DNA of 38,026 nt, from positions 1 through 38,026 of the IMG/VR virus record IMGVR_UViG_3300007986_000034. The stretch is one strand, 5' to 3'. The notes under the pieces were generated by a model. The model had not been told where the DNA came from and did no database searches. It saw nothing but the letters and a program-made list of their open reading frames with translations. Position 1 is the stretch's first letter. Every line of letters begins with the position of its first letter. The stretch comes from a virus. Lineage: Duplodnaviria > Caudoviricetes. This document shows positions 1 to 8,864 of this stretch, in pieces. Position numbers and translations under genes: made by a program.

Positions 1-14
1 AGTCAGCTCGCCAA

Positions 15-416
15 TTAACGACCTCGCGACCGCTTCGAGTTTTTTGACTGAGCAGCCTGGACAGCTTTGTCACGACTGTTCTTCGTGATGTAAAGATTGA
101 AGTCCATGAATGCAGCATCGCAAGTGAATTGATTGCGAATAACTACATCCTTCGGAGTGAGCTCAATCTTCTGACCGTCCACTTCAACAGTGGCTGACGG
201 AACGTTGTCACCAACGCCGACCAGAACCTTGCGAAGAGCTTCACTGCGAGTCGATGTTTCCACCAGCTCTTCCCAGTCTTCCGTCGGAAGCGCTTCGAAC
301 TGCGCGTCGAACTGGAAGTTCTTCCAGGAGTTCGGCCCTTCGCCCGGAACCTGACATTTCACTGTCAACCAAAAACGATTTGAACCAACGAGGTCTACTG
401 CTACGTTATCAGACAT
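15..416 (-). CDS. tail assembly chaperone (gpG-like)
   Basis: 133 aa, directly downstream of the tail tube gene, with an A-AAA-AAC slippery heptamer near its 3' end. Confidence 0.75.
   Translation of the reverse strand: MSDNVAVDLVGSNRFWLTVKCQVPGEGPNSWKNFQFDAQFEALPTEDWEELVETSTRSEALRKVLVGVGDNVPSATVEVDGQKIELTPKDVVIRNQFTCDAAFMDFNLYITKNSRDKAVQAAQSKNSKRSRGR
39..45 (-). other. programmed -1 ribosomal frameshift site (G/GT chaperone)
   Basis: Minus strand reads tcA AAA AAC tcg; the -1 frame (KKLEAVARSLIGELT) stays open to the window edge. Confidence 0.75.
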
Positions 417-440
417 TATGCTCTCCTTTCATGCCTGTGA

Positions 441-1415
441 TTAAATGGTTCCGAACTCAAGAGAGAATTCGTCACCGCCAGTGTTGGACGGGATGCAGCG
501 ACCGGTCAATTCCCAACCGAGATCTCCATCGATGTCCACTTCATTGATCTGCTCGATTTGACCGCGAACACGCAGAGTCGAGTAGAGCGAAGTCATGTTG
601 TGACGCATTGATGCAGTCATAATCTGACCTGCATCGCGAACAGCCCACGGATTGAAGTCAGCCAGCGCAGTCCTCGCGATACGAAGAGAGAAAGTAGGCT
701 GGCGACCTGAGATGCTGTTGATCGACTTGCTCGTGTATTGCTTGTTCGTCAAAGCAGAACCGAAGTCAACAGACAGCTCCTTCGCCCACAGATTGAGATC
801 AGTGATCGAAGCGTCAGCGACGCTCAGCATCGCGACAGTGTTGCTCGCTTCCAACGCTTCCGGCACATACGAAGGAAGAACGACAGCCGGAAGAGACTCA
901 GTTGTCACGTTCTCGTAATTTCCAAGAACGCGAGAACGGAACCTAGCGATTTCACCGATAGTCATTGCCATACCGGTGAGAGCAGCTCTAGCGCCGAGAA
1001 TTTTCTTGACATAGTCAACATGCCAGAAATACGCGGAAGCAGAAACGATGCCAGTGCTGATCGGATTGTAAATCGTCGTTCCACCGACCGCATCCAGAAC
1101 CTTCGCCATCCCACCCATCCGCAAGAGGATGTCATAATGCGGAGTTCCGTCCGTAGAGGCGCCAGGAATCGAAGGAGGGTAGATTTCAACGTCACCTTCG
1201 ATGAAGGCTCGGCGATTTGAGACCGCGAAGCTGTCTCCACCAAAGAACGTGCGATCCACCGGACGCTCTACTGGATCAAACTCGGTGCCGCTGGTGCCAT
1301 TCAGCATCATGATACCGTCTGTTGTAGCAGCAGGAGTCGCGTCGGTTCCTTCCGTGGTTTCTTCCTTGATAGCGACGCCGCGCTTTTCAAAGGATTCAAG
1401 ATTCGGCTGTGCCAT
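441..1415 (-). CDS. major tail tube protein
   Basis: 324 aa, beta-rich; lies between the tail terminator and the chaperone; GGAGG RBS. Confidence 0.8.
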   Translation of the reverse strand: MAQPNLESFEKRGVAIKEETTEGTDATPAATTDGIMMLNGTSGTEFDPVERPVDRTFFGGDSFAVSNRRAFIEGDVEIYPPSIPGASTDGTPHYDILLRMGGMAKVLDAVGGTTIYNPISTGIVSASAYFWHVDYVKKILGARAALTGMAMTIGEIARFRSRVLGNYENVTTESLPAVVLPSYVPEALEASNTVAMLSVADASITDLNLWAKELSVDFGSALTNKQYTSKSINSISGRQPTFSLRIARTALADFNPWAVRDAGQIMTASMRHNMTSLYSTLRVRGQIEQINEVDIDGDLGWELTGRCIPSNTGGDEFSLEFGTI

Positions 1416-1418
1416 GAT

Positions 1419-1595
1419 TTAATCCTCCAAGTTGGATTTGATTTCAGTTTCGTCATCGGTGACCACGAAGTCATCCTCGTAGTCTTTCTCCACCTCCGTT
1501 GACTCACTCTCAGGAGGACTTTCTACATTCAGGTCATAAAGCTTTCCGTTGACCCGAACCCATTTTCCGTCATGCTTCGGAAGTTCCAGTTTCAT
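1419..1595 (-). CDS. small acidic hypothetical protein (58 aa, absent from the ORF track)
   Basis: MKLELPKHDGKWVRVNGKLYDLN...NLED; GAGG RBS; fills the gap between the terminator and tube genes. Confidence 0.65.
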   Translation of the reverse strand: MKLELPKHDGKWVRVNGKLYDLNVESPPESESTEVEKDYEDDFVVTDDETEIKSNLED

Positions 1596-2032
1596 GTTAA
1601 TTTCCTCAGTCTGATGTCAGCAGTGAAAAACATGTCAGCGATAAGAATTGAAGTATCCGCCGGACCATCTTCTGTTCTTTCAAAAGACATTGGACTCTCC
1701 GCGCCTTCTGGCGTCCATCCGAACAGACAGTCATATACTTGTCCGAAAACAGAATCCATAACAGTTTCAATACTGTCTTGTCCGTCTTCGTATCTTTGCA
1801 AAACGATACGAACAGGAACTGTGGATTTCATTTTCTGATGATGCAAGCCGCTATATGACTGACGTCCCGCAACCGAAACAATCTTCTGACCCGCGACCCA
1901 GATAGCCGGGAACGTCTGAGCATACGCTGTCATGTAGTCTCTTTCGTATGCCGTTCCAAACCTGATCGTTTCTCCTGAAAGAACAACACTCGCGGCAAGA
2001 TGATCTCTGATTGACTCAAGATTAAGTCTCAT
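1592..2032 (-). CDS. tail terminator/completion protein
   Basis: 146 aa with 'FPAIWV' and 'LFGWTP' patterns; expected position before the tail tube. Confidence 0.65.
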   Translation of the reverse strand: MRLNLESIRDHLAASVVLSGETIRFGTAYERDYMTAYAQTFPAIWVAGQKIVSVAGRQSYSGLHHQKMKSTVPVRIVLQRYEDGQDSIETVMDSVFGQVYDCLFGWTPEGAESPMSFERTEDGPADTSILIADMFFTADIRLRKLT

Positions 2033-2508
2033 TTCAAAGAGTCCTCCAAACCTTTTATCAATTCTTCGTTAATGTCTTTCTGCCATTCTCGAGGAATAGC
2101 AACGATTCCAGGAGGCTTGATCGGCATAATAGGTCTTGCAGGTAGATTGATCTCGCTTGCTCCAAACTGATGAGGAACGACCGGTCTATTTTCAGCGCCG
2201 ATAGAAATCCTTCCACGATTGTCGCTTGTAACTACTCTGTCAAGACTCCTGAAAAGAACGCCTGTTGCGAGAAGAATAGAGTTCCTGTTTATATTCTTCC
2301 TTCTTCTTCCCTTGATAGTGTTCGGTTTCAACTCTTTCCATTTCTTTCCGTACGGACTTTGTTGAGCCTGAAAGCTGTCTCTGATCTTTCTGTCAAGAAC
2401 GAACAACGCGGCAGTTATGACTTTTCTCGGATGTCTAGCATAGCGACGGACAAGTTCCAGTCCTCTGCTGAGCTCTGAGTCATCCATTTCAAAGTCTAGG
2501 TCGTTCAT
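2029..2508 (-). CDS. phage virion morphogenesis protein (Mu G / P2 S-like)
   Basis: 'FQAQQSPYGKKWKELKPNT', 'ILLATGVLFRS', 'HQFG...LPARP'; ATG at 2508 overlaps the upstream stop (ATGA). Confidence 0.8.
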   Translation of the reverse strand: MNDLDFEMDDSELSRGLELVRRYARHPRKVITAALFVLDRKIRDSFQAQQSPYGKKWKELKPNTIKGRRRKNINRNSILLATGVLFRSLDRVVTSDNRGRISIGAENRPVVPHQFGASEINLPARPIMPIKPPGIVAIPREWQKDINEELIKGLEDSLK

Positions 2509-2840
2509 CCTTTTCTCGTCACTACATTCCAAAGAATGATTGTTTCAGAAGGCTTTTCTGGAGTTACGTCAACGATAACTTCATCGCGAGTGTCAGAGAT
2601 AAAACGATCTCCAATTTTTGGTTCATTGGTGCCGTCAGAACTGACAACGTATTCAAAATCACCTATCGGAGCGCCAGTGTCAGGATCAATCTTTTTCGGA
2701 GAACCCGATCCTAGAGCGCTCGCAGTGAATTCTGAGATGGCACCTCCTGATAATGTTCTCCTGATGATCACAGAGAAACCTTTCGAGTAAAGCTTTGCGG
2801 AAGCGCTTTCTCTCTTGAGGATGTAGACGATCTCGCTCAC
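2505..2840 (-). CDS. head closure / head-tail joining protein
   Basis: 111 aa with 'EPKIGDRF'; follows the adaptor gene. Confidence 0.55.
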   Translation of the reverse strand: MSEIVYILKRESASAKLYSKGFSVIIRRTLSGGAISEFTASALGSGSPKKIDPDTGAPIGDFEYVVSSDGTNEPKIGDRFISDTRDEVIVDVTPEKPSETIILWNVVTRKG

Positions 2841-3328
2841 TTGATCAGCCTTCTTGAGTTATTTATGAACGGAGACATCAAGGCGTCAGGAACTGGATAT
2901 CTGCGGAAACGATTAGGTCTTGAGCTTGCATACCTTACTGATTCTGCGAGAGCTCCTCTGCCTAGACCTTCTGATCTTTGGATGACATCTTTGTTTGAAT
3001 CATCGTGCGTTGGATCAGGAGCTAGCTCGGCGGTTAATGCTCTCAGAGCATATTCAAAACAAGCCGCCTTCAGCTTCAATGGCACAGGAAGGAAAACCGT
3101 TCTCGGAAATTCCAAGGATTGCTCTTCAGTGGATCTAAATCCTCTCAGCAGTCCCGCCCATCTCAAATCAATGTAATCTGTTGCCTTGATCAGCGCCGTT
3201 TCTTTCTCTGTTTCGCTTCCTGTCCACGATACATTGCCTCTGACAGTCCAGTAGCCATCAGCCTCAGCGACGCTTGCATAGCTGTTCGCATTTTCTAGAC
3301 CTGTACCATCTTCAACGACGATGATCAT
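2837..3328 (-). CDS. head-tail adaptor (DnaT-like ssDNA-binding domain family)
   Basis: 'VEDGTGLENANSYASVAEADGY...ALIKATDYID...QSLEFPR' signature; start taken at MIIVV. Confidence 0.85.
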   Translation of the reverse strand: MIIVVEDGTGLENANSYASVAEADGYWTVRGNVSWTGSETEKETALIKATDYIDLRWAGLLRGFRSTEEQSLEFPRTVFLPVPLKLKAACFEYALRALTAELAPDPTHDDSNKDVIQRSEGLGRGALAESVRYASSRPNRFRRYPVPDALMSPFINNSRRLIK

Positions 3329-3650
3329 TTTCTTCTCCGTCTGACTGAGGCAAAGATTCAATTACCTCTTTGTCAAGATTACAAGCAACGACTTCAACGG
3401 CGCATTGAATCATTGCGTCTTCCAATTCTTCATAGCTTGATTCTGAATCAAGGAAAGGAAGAGAATGTTTTCTGGTCAAGCTTTCGGGCGCAGAAACTGG
3501 AACTTCTTTAATCACCGTTTTGACTTCGTATCGGATCAAGGGTTCTGAGGATTTCTCCATACATCCTGCCAAACTCGTCACGAACAGGATGCAAAGAGCA
3601 ATCAGTAGACTCTGCTTCAGAAAGCGTTTGCCGATTTTGATTTGCTTCAC
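3312..3650 (-). CDS. outer-membrane spanin (Rz1-like lipoprotein)
   Basis: Signal peptide with LAGC lipobox, Pro-containing segment and C-terminal Cys; overlaps the i-spanin. Confidence 0.75.
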   Translation of the reverse strand: MKQIKIGKRFLKQSLLIALCILFVTSLAGCMEKSSEPLIRYEVKTVIKEVPVSAPESLTRKHSLPFLDSESSYEELEDAMIQCAVEVVACNLDKEVIESLPQSDGEENDHRR

Positions 3651-3951
3651 GAATTCTCTCCTTCCTTTCTTCTTCTCTCATCGCAACAGCTACAAGAGTT
3701 TCGGATTCAATCCTGTCAAGTTCTTCAAGTCTTCTCTCCGCGAGCGAAGCAAAAATCTCGACTTGGTTTGCATTGTGCACCGCTGCCGACTTGAAGGTCA
3801 AGGTCCTCACCTCGCATTGAGAGAGTTCCTCATTCTTCTTGACTAGAGAACGCTCAAGATTTTTGACCTTGATCACTATCCCCGCCGATCCTATCACCAG
3901 AGCCAAGATTGCGATCCCCATTGAGATTAACTTGATCTGACCCGGAAGCAT
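3508..3951 (-). CDS. inner-membrane spanin (Rz-like)
   Basis: N-terminal TM helix followed by a coiled coil; between the holin and the lipoprotein. Confidence 0.7.
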   Translation of the reverse strand: MLPGQIKLISMGIAILALVIGSAGIVIKVKNLERSLVKKNEELSQCEVRTLTFKSAAVHNANQVEIFASLAERRLEELDRIESETLVAVAMREEERKERIREANQNRQTLSEAESTDCSLHPVRDEFGRMYGEILRTLDPIRSQNGD

Positions 3952-4174
3952 TGACCACTCCTACTCTCATAAGGATAATTGCGAGGATGACATACATGCT
4001 AATGAATCCGAATAGCAGCTCATCCAACTCTCGTCCCCATGCAAGATTGATCAGCAAAGCGACGCAAACAAAAACAATGAAAATTCCCACCATAACTGAA
4101 AGCATTCTTGCCTTCGCTGGCACTTGACCTCTTATTGAAATTAGTGCTGTCCAAATTGAAGTGAACCTGTTCAT
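3854..4174 (-). CDS. putative holin
   Basis: 106 aa, two hydrophobic helices and a hydrophilic tail; next to the endolysin. Confidence 0.6.
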   Translation of the reverse strand: MNRFTSIWTALISIRGQVPAKARMLSVMVGIFIVFVCVALLINLAWGRELDELLFGFISMYVILAIILMRVGVVNASGSDQVNLNGDRNLGSGDRIGGDSDQGQKS

Positions 4175-4572
4175 TCGTATTTGAATCTCGTTTGATGAAA
4201 ATTCAACACTTCAGTTCTTCTGTCAATGTGAACGAAAGTCTTTGCAATTCCGACTGACCATCCTTGGAAAAGAGCGAGTTCTATCAGCCTTTCTTTGAAC
4301 CCTTCGCTGGTCACGCGAATATCGATTGCACAAGTTCCGCCTGTCGGCCAGTATGGGAAGTCGTAAACGTGCAATGAACGAAAATGGCCTTTTGATCTAG
4401 CGTTGTGAGCTCTTGATCGACAGCAGCTATTCACGATCATTTTCTCGCCAAGATCAATCCTCAGTCTTCGCAAAGCTTTCGCGAAACCAACGGCGAGCAG
4501 TAGACCGCCAGAAGACTTGCACTGTAACTCCTCTCTAGAGAAAAGAAGCCGTCCATAAGAGTCAGTTATCAA
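4171..4572 (-). CDS. endolysin, peptidase M15A family
   Basis: 'FSREELQCK', 'NSCCRSRAHN', 'SLH...AIDI' and 'FVHIDRR' Zn-peptidase motifs. Confidence 0.85.
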   Translation of the reverse strand: MITDSYGRLLFSREELQCKSSGGLLLAVGFAKALRRLRIDLGEKMIVNSCCRSRAHNARSKGHFRSLHVYDFPYWPTGGTCAIDIRVTSEGFKERLIELALFQGWSVGIAKTFVHIDRRTEVLNFHQTRFKYE

Positions 4573-4994
4573 CGCTGCTTCTCCATCATGTAGCTGGTCT
4601 GATCTGAGAGGCCAAACCTCACTCCTACCTCTTCACAAGTCGGCATTCTTTTCTCATAACCGAAAGTGCGATAATGTTTTGTGAGCATCTCACTCATCTG
4701 CTGGGACATGAAACGAGCTCCGGCTTCGTTGTTTTGAGCAAGAGCAAAACATTGATGACGACGGAGCTCAATTACGTCTCGTGTCCATTTGTTTTGCATC
4801 AATTCTATCACTACGTCTCTTGATGCAAATCCTGGGAAAAATGGAGTCAGCCCGAATGAGATCGCAAACGCGACAATGACAAGAACGAAGTTCACTCCGG
4901 ACAATATCGCAATGAATACTCTCCATCTTGTGATCTCCGCATCCTGAGCATCAGGCGGAGGGATCAAATATCGGACCAACGTCCAAGCGCTCAT
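4569..4994 (-). CDS. membrane protein (possible lysis regulator/antiholin)
   Basis: One long TM segment, then a soluble domain with 2 Cys; directly upstream of the endolysin. Confidence 0.45.
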   Translation of the reverse strand: MSAWTLVRYLIPPPDAQDAEITRWRVFIAILSGVNFVLVIVAFAISFGLTPFFPGFASRDVVIELMQNKWTRDVIELRRHQCFALAQNNEAGARFMSQQMSEMLTKHYRTFGYEKRMPTCEEVGVRFGLSDQTSYMMEKQR

Positions 4995-5339
4995 TTACTT
5001 CAAGACTTTCGCCAAGAGTTCAGGGTCAACTCCCTGTTCAAGCAGAGCCTGACGAGCTTTCACTTTCGCTTCACGCTCCTTCGCTGAATTCTGCTGAATA
5101 GCGCGAACTCTTTCAGCGTGAGTCTCTTGCGGAACTTTGATGACATGATCATCGTATTCCTTCTGAGCAGCATTCATCTTCGCCTGGATTTTTGCCTTTT
5201 CGGCAACAATCTTGTCGATTGATTCGGCAAGAGTTTTTTGCTTTGCTTTGAAAGCCGTCATCTCGTCGACTTCAGGCGCATTCACCTTTTCACTTGAAGT
5301 CTTGTTAGAAGGCTTTTCAGTTTGCTTTGAGTCTGGCAT
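4995..5339 (-). CDS. hypothetical coiled-coil protein
   Basis: 114 aa with AGGAG RBS, just downstream of the capsid gene. Confidence 0.7.
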   Translation of the reverse strand: MPDSKQTEKPSNKTSSEKVNAPEVDEMTAFKAKQKTLAESIDKIVAEKAKIQAKMNAAQKEYDDHVIKVPQETHAERVRAIQQNSAKEREAKVKARQALLEQGVDPELLAKVLK

Positions 5340-5360
5340 TTTGAAATCTCCTAGATGAAT

Positions 5361-5412
5361 CCTTTATCTCACTGACGGGCAGGACGCTATTGACCCGTCA
5401 GCGAGAAAAAGG
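5361..5412 (-). terminator. long stem-loop after the capsid gene
   Basis: CTGACGGG/CCCGTCAG core stem, extended by TCTC/GAGA and CCTTT/AAAGG. Confidence 0.5.
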
Positions 5413-5420
5413 AAAAGTGA

Positions 5421-6440
5421 TCAGGCTTCGCGAGTGATCAGGCGAGCAATCTTGATCTGCTTCCGTTCCGGGAAGACTCTCTGCCAGGAACCAGCAGAAG
5501 CGAGATTGTTGGAAGTGGAAGCATTGCTCGGACCACCGACAGGAGAAGTGCCGACATACGCGCAACCGACGGGATGGATGACCCATTCCACGCGAGAGTA
5601 CAGGCATTCCGAACCGGAACCATTGCCAGAATCAGGATCGCGATCAACTTCGGTGGGGACCTCAGGAGCACCCATGCCGAGCTGGATCGCGCCACGACCG
5701 AACAGAAGCGTTTCGTAAATGCCGCCAGCAGCCGGAACCGAGTCATCGACGATAACTTCACGATTCAGATAAGTGGGAATCCGAATCTGATCAGTAGCGT
5801 CGGGGATGTAATCGATCAGGTTCAGCTTCTGCATCCGATTGAAGACGACAGAGTGAACCATCATGAGAGACAGGTCCTCCATCGAATCGCCCATCGTAAG
5901 CGTCGTGTCCAGGAATGCGGCAGCAGAGAAATTAGTGATGCCGTCACCGAAACTTAATCCGGAGATGTCATTCGTCATGTCGTCAACAACGTGCTCTGAA
6001 CCAGCAGGAGCAGCAGCGTTATCAGCGAAGACACCCTGAACAGTCGCGAGGAAAGCCGCCTGAGCACGACGAGCCCAATAGGTTGAAACGCGCTGAGCGA
6101 CGGCTTCAGCCGGATCAGCACCAGACAAAGCCGAAGCCAAGTCCATCGTCTTCCAGGATTGATTTCGCGAAAGACGGACCTGGACTTCCTGACTGGTCTG
6201 AACTTTCTTCGGAGTCGAACTTTGATCCGGGTCATCGGACGCGACGTTGTCATCGTCGTCAGCGAGATCCTGGAAAGAAGGAACGTTGAAAGTCAAGCCG
6301 CCACCGTTCAAGAACTGATCGAAGGTCGAATTGCGTTCGGCAGCACCGGACGCAATGACACGAGACTTTTGTTCGGTGAGCTGCTGAGTGTATCCCGTGA
6401 AGATTTCCGGGACGATGATGTCTGAAATGCGAGTCGCCAT
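5421..6440 (-). CDS. major capsid protein
   Basis: Starts MATRISDIIVPEIFTGY after a GAGGAGG RBS (the ORF-track start at 6584 runs through the promoter); follows the scaffold gene. Confidence 0.9.
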   Translation of the reverse strand: MATRISDIIVPEIFTGYTQQLTEQKSRVIASGAAERNSTFDQFLNGGGLTFNVPSFQDLADDDDNVASDDPDQSSTPKKVQTSQEVQVRLSRNQSWKTMDLASALSGADPAEAVAQRVSTYWARRAQAAFLATVQGVFADNAAAPAGSEHVVDDMTNDISGLSFGDGITNFSAAAFLDTTLTMGDSMEDLSLMMVHSVVFNRMQKLNLIDYIPDATDQIRIPTYLNREVIVDDSVPAAGGIYETLLFGRGAIQLGMGAPEVPTEVDRDPDSGNGSGSECLYSRVEWVIHPVGCAYVGTSPVGGPSNASTSNNLASAGSWQRVFPERKQIKIARLITREA

Positions 6441-6533
6441 GTTGAGTCCTCCTCGGATAGGCGATTGAGAAACAATCGCGCCGAGTCCCATGACTGACGC
6501 GAGCAGGAAGATAGGCCCATGCCCGTTGCGCCA

Positions 6534-6562
6534 ATTGTAGCATATCAGGTAAGATAAAGCAA
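6534..6562 (-). promoter_or_regulatory. sigma70-type promoter for the capsid gene
   Basis: TTGCTT-17 bp-TACAAT with extended -10 TG. Confidence 0.75.
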
Positions 6563-6617
6563 CCCGATGAAGGAGTTGCTTCATGATTTCATGGCAAAGA
6601 TCAGGTTTTTATCTGAA

Positions 6618-6853
6618 CTACCAATTGAAAGACATTGTCAACAAACTCATCAGACACATTCCGGCTTCATTCGGCCACAAAGAAACGATAGCCATACCTG
6701 TTTCGTCAGCGGTCACTTCATGCCATTAGGTACTAAAGCCCCTCTTTCCAAATCATTGTCAAACTTGTTCAGACTGAAACGAATCTTCGCTCCAGCAGCA
6801 GGAGGACCAATGACCTCAAAGAGGTCAAATCTTACATTCGTGTTCGCAGTCAT
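6618..6853 (-). pseudogene. frameshifted remnant of a virion Ig-like/tail-fibre N-terminal domain gene
   Basis: AGGAG RBS and ATG at 6853 give MTANTNVRFDLFEVIGPPAAGAKIRFSL...GALVP; the protein continues in another frame as HEVTADETGMAIVSLWPNEAG. Confidence 0.5.
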
Positions 6854-6864
6854 TGATTTCTCCT

Positions 6865-6897
6865 AATTAAAGCGAGAGGAGAATGTCTTCTCTCGCT
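6865..6897 (-). terminator. putative intrinsic terminator after the scaffold gene
   Basis: AGCGAGAG/CTCTCGCT stem followed by TTAATT on the minus strand. Confidence 0.5.
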
Positions 6898-6904
6898 GAT
6901 GTAG

Positions 6905-7720
6905 TTACTTCTTGACAGATGGACGAGAACCGCCGATGCTGGTCCCAGCTGCTCTCGCAAGCTGCTGAGCGCGGTCAGGATTCTCTTTGAAAATCTTTCC
7001 CTGTTCTGTCATGTTCCAATTGTCAGCAGACCAAGGATTGGAACCGTTGTTGTTCCTTCCGTTTCCGCCACCTGCTCCACCGCCAATACTCTCAGGCCAC
7101 CAGTGAGGTCTTTTCGGCTGCATGTCCGACAGCCATACGACAGGGTCAATTCCGGGCGTCACGCCGACATTGTCTCGCGTCCTGACATTGTCTTCTTCGT
7201 CGACATCGAAAACATTCTCCGCGAGCATCAGAGCATCTTCCAGAGCTTCTTGTCGGACCTTTGACTTTACCGCTGCATCTCTGACTGCATCATGGATCGT
7301 GCGACGCTTCTCTTTCTTATGGAAGACTTGCACAGACTCATTCAGCTGATCCCTCTCGCGAGTGATTTCATCGAGCTGTCGCTGAACAGGAGCAAGCGTC
7401 GTCTTGATCCTTGCTTCGGCGAGACGCGTCGCCCTTTCTTCAATGTCTCCGCTGGACTCAGCCTTCGCGGCCAGCTCATCATATCTATCAAGCCGTTCTC
7501 TCGCTTCTTCCAGATCAACTCCGTTGAGGAAGCTGAACTTGTTCTTCGTTTCTTTGTGATCGTTCCTTTCCTTTTCAAGAGCAGACTGAACACGAGAAAC
7601 ATCGGCTTCGGTTCGCATCCCGTCAATACGCTTGAGATGGAACTTTCCGCCCCTCTCTTCGTAAAGATCGTGATACTTCTCTTCTACTTCGTTCATACTG
7701 TCAACAACTGCTTTCAACAT
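6905..7720 (-). CDS. capsid scaffolding protein
   Basis: Coiled coil, 'ALEKER', Gly-rich GGGAGGG and 'NPWSADNWNMTEQG'; start MLKAVV after AGGAG. Confidence 0.85.
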   Translation of the reverse strand: MLKAVVDSMNEVEEKYHDLYEERGGKFHLKRIDGMRTEADVSRVQSALEKERNDHKETKNKFSFLNGVDLEEARERLDRYDELAAKAESSGDIEERATRLAEARIKTTLAPVQRQLDEITRERDQLNESVQVFHKKEKRRTIHDAVRDAAVKSKVRQEALEDALMLAENVFDVDEEDNVRTRDNVGVTPGIDPVVWLSDMQPKRPHWWPESIGGGAGGGNGRNNNGSNPWSADNWNMTEQGKIFKENPDRAQQLARAAGTSIGGSRPSVKK

Positions 7721-7730
7721 TTCTTCTCTC

Positions 7731-8864
7731 CTAGATATTTTCAAACAAATCAGGCATTCTCTTTTGAAGCTCATCCAAAGTCAGCGCGGAACCAGTGCCG
7801 TCAATGAACTTATCCAAATTGAGATCGCCTTTACGAAACAGAGCAGCGCGCGTAGGACCCAACGCATCTCTCTGATACTCAGCAGATTGACGACGAAGCC
7901 AATCAGTATATGAGATTCTTTCTGATGGACCGCCAATCATGCCAGAAACTCTCTGTGGAGCCCACCTATCAAATTCACCTTTGTATCCATACGGCAAATC
8001 TGATCTGGAGTTAACTCCAGTGAAACCTTTTTCTCTAGCAAAATCTTGAACTAGCTCTTTCTCTGTTGAAGGCGTTAAAGGTAGGTCTTTGAGCATGTCC
8101 TTCGGCAATACGCTTACTCGGATTGATCTGCAACCGAAATGCAATGGCGGAGTCGGTCCGAAACCTACGGCATATATTTTTCCGTCGTTACTGGCACAAA
8201 CGAATGTAGTCCTTGAATCAAGGACAGCGATGTATTCTTCTTGCTCCAATACATCGTTTTCTTTGAGAGTCTCGGTCCTTGCCGTTGTTGAAGTATGTGT
8301 CGTCAGAGTTCTTGCTACAGATTCAACGTTTCTTCCTGTTTTCAGATAACTGGTTTTCAATCCAGTCATCAAAGGAGCTCCTTCCGTTGTCGCCGCAATG
8401 ACAGACGATCTTATCGCTGTCATGTCTGTGACTCTTAGGCTGTCAAGCCATTGCCTTTGCGTCCTTCCCTGGACTGGCCTTGCAAGCGCTCTATCCACTG
8501 CTGCCGCTGACGGCTTGCTGAAGTCAGCGACTACAGGCAAAGCAGCTTTGATCCTCTGGATAACGAAGTCTGGTTCTGATCTCGCTAATTGCCTCAATTC
8601 GTTTACAGCAAGCAACTTCGCTTCATTCCATGCTTGTCGTCTGACTTCTTCAATACGCTTTAACGCCCTCTGAACTTTTCTCCATTGAGCTTCGCTTTCT
8701 ATAGCGGAAACTCCTAGAAGGTTTGCTCTTGCGATATCATTTATCTTTTCAGAAGATTCGTTGAGAATCTTCATCATGCGATTGCGCAATCCGCGAGCAT
8801 ACCTCAGAAGATAAGTCTGATGTCTAACTGACGAATCAAAAAGTTTTTGATTAGACGTCGTCAT
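7731..8864 (-). CDS. minor head protein (SPP1 gp7 / Mu F-like)
   Basis: 'AVLDSRTTFVCASNDG...PPLHFGCRS' motif. Confidence 0.85.
   Translation of the reverse strand: MTTSNQKLFDSSVRHQTYLLRYARGLRNRMMKILNESSEKINDIARANLLGVSAIESEAQWRKVQRALKRIEEVRRQAWNEAKLLAVNELRQLARSEPDFVIQRIKAALPVVADFSKPSAAAVDRALARPVQGRTQRQWLDSLRVTDMTAIRSSVIAATTEGAPLMTGLKTSYLKTGRNVESVARTLTTHTSTTARTETLKENDVLEQEEYIAVLDSRTTFVCASNDGKIYAVGFGPTPPLHFGCRSIRVSVLPKDMLKDLPLTPSTEKELVQDFAREKGFTGVNSRSDLPYGYKGEFDRWAPQRVSGMIGGPSERISYTDWLRRQSAEYQRDALGPTRAALFRKGDLNLDKFIDGTGSALTLDELQKRMPDLFENI

Noticed and set aside
6441-6584. N-terminal extension of the capsid ORF given in the ORF track
   Set aside because: It spans a clear promoter and structured leader; the RBS GAGGAGG precedes the ATG at 6440.
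6567-6866. 99-aa plus-strand ORF
   Set aside because: Antisense to the late operon; the minus strand has an RBS-led frameshifted gene here.
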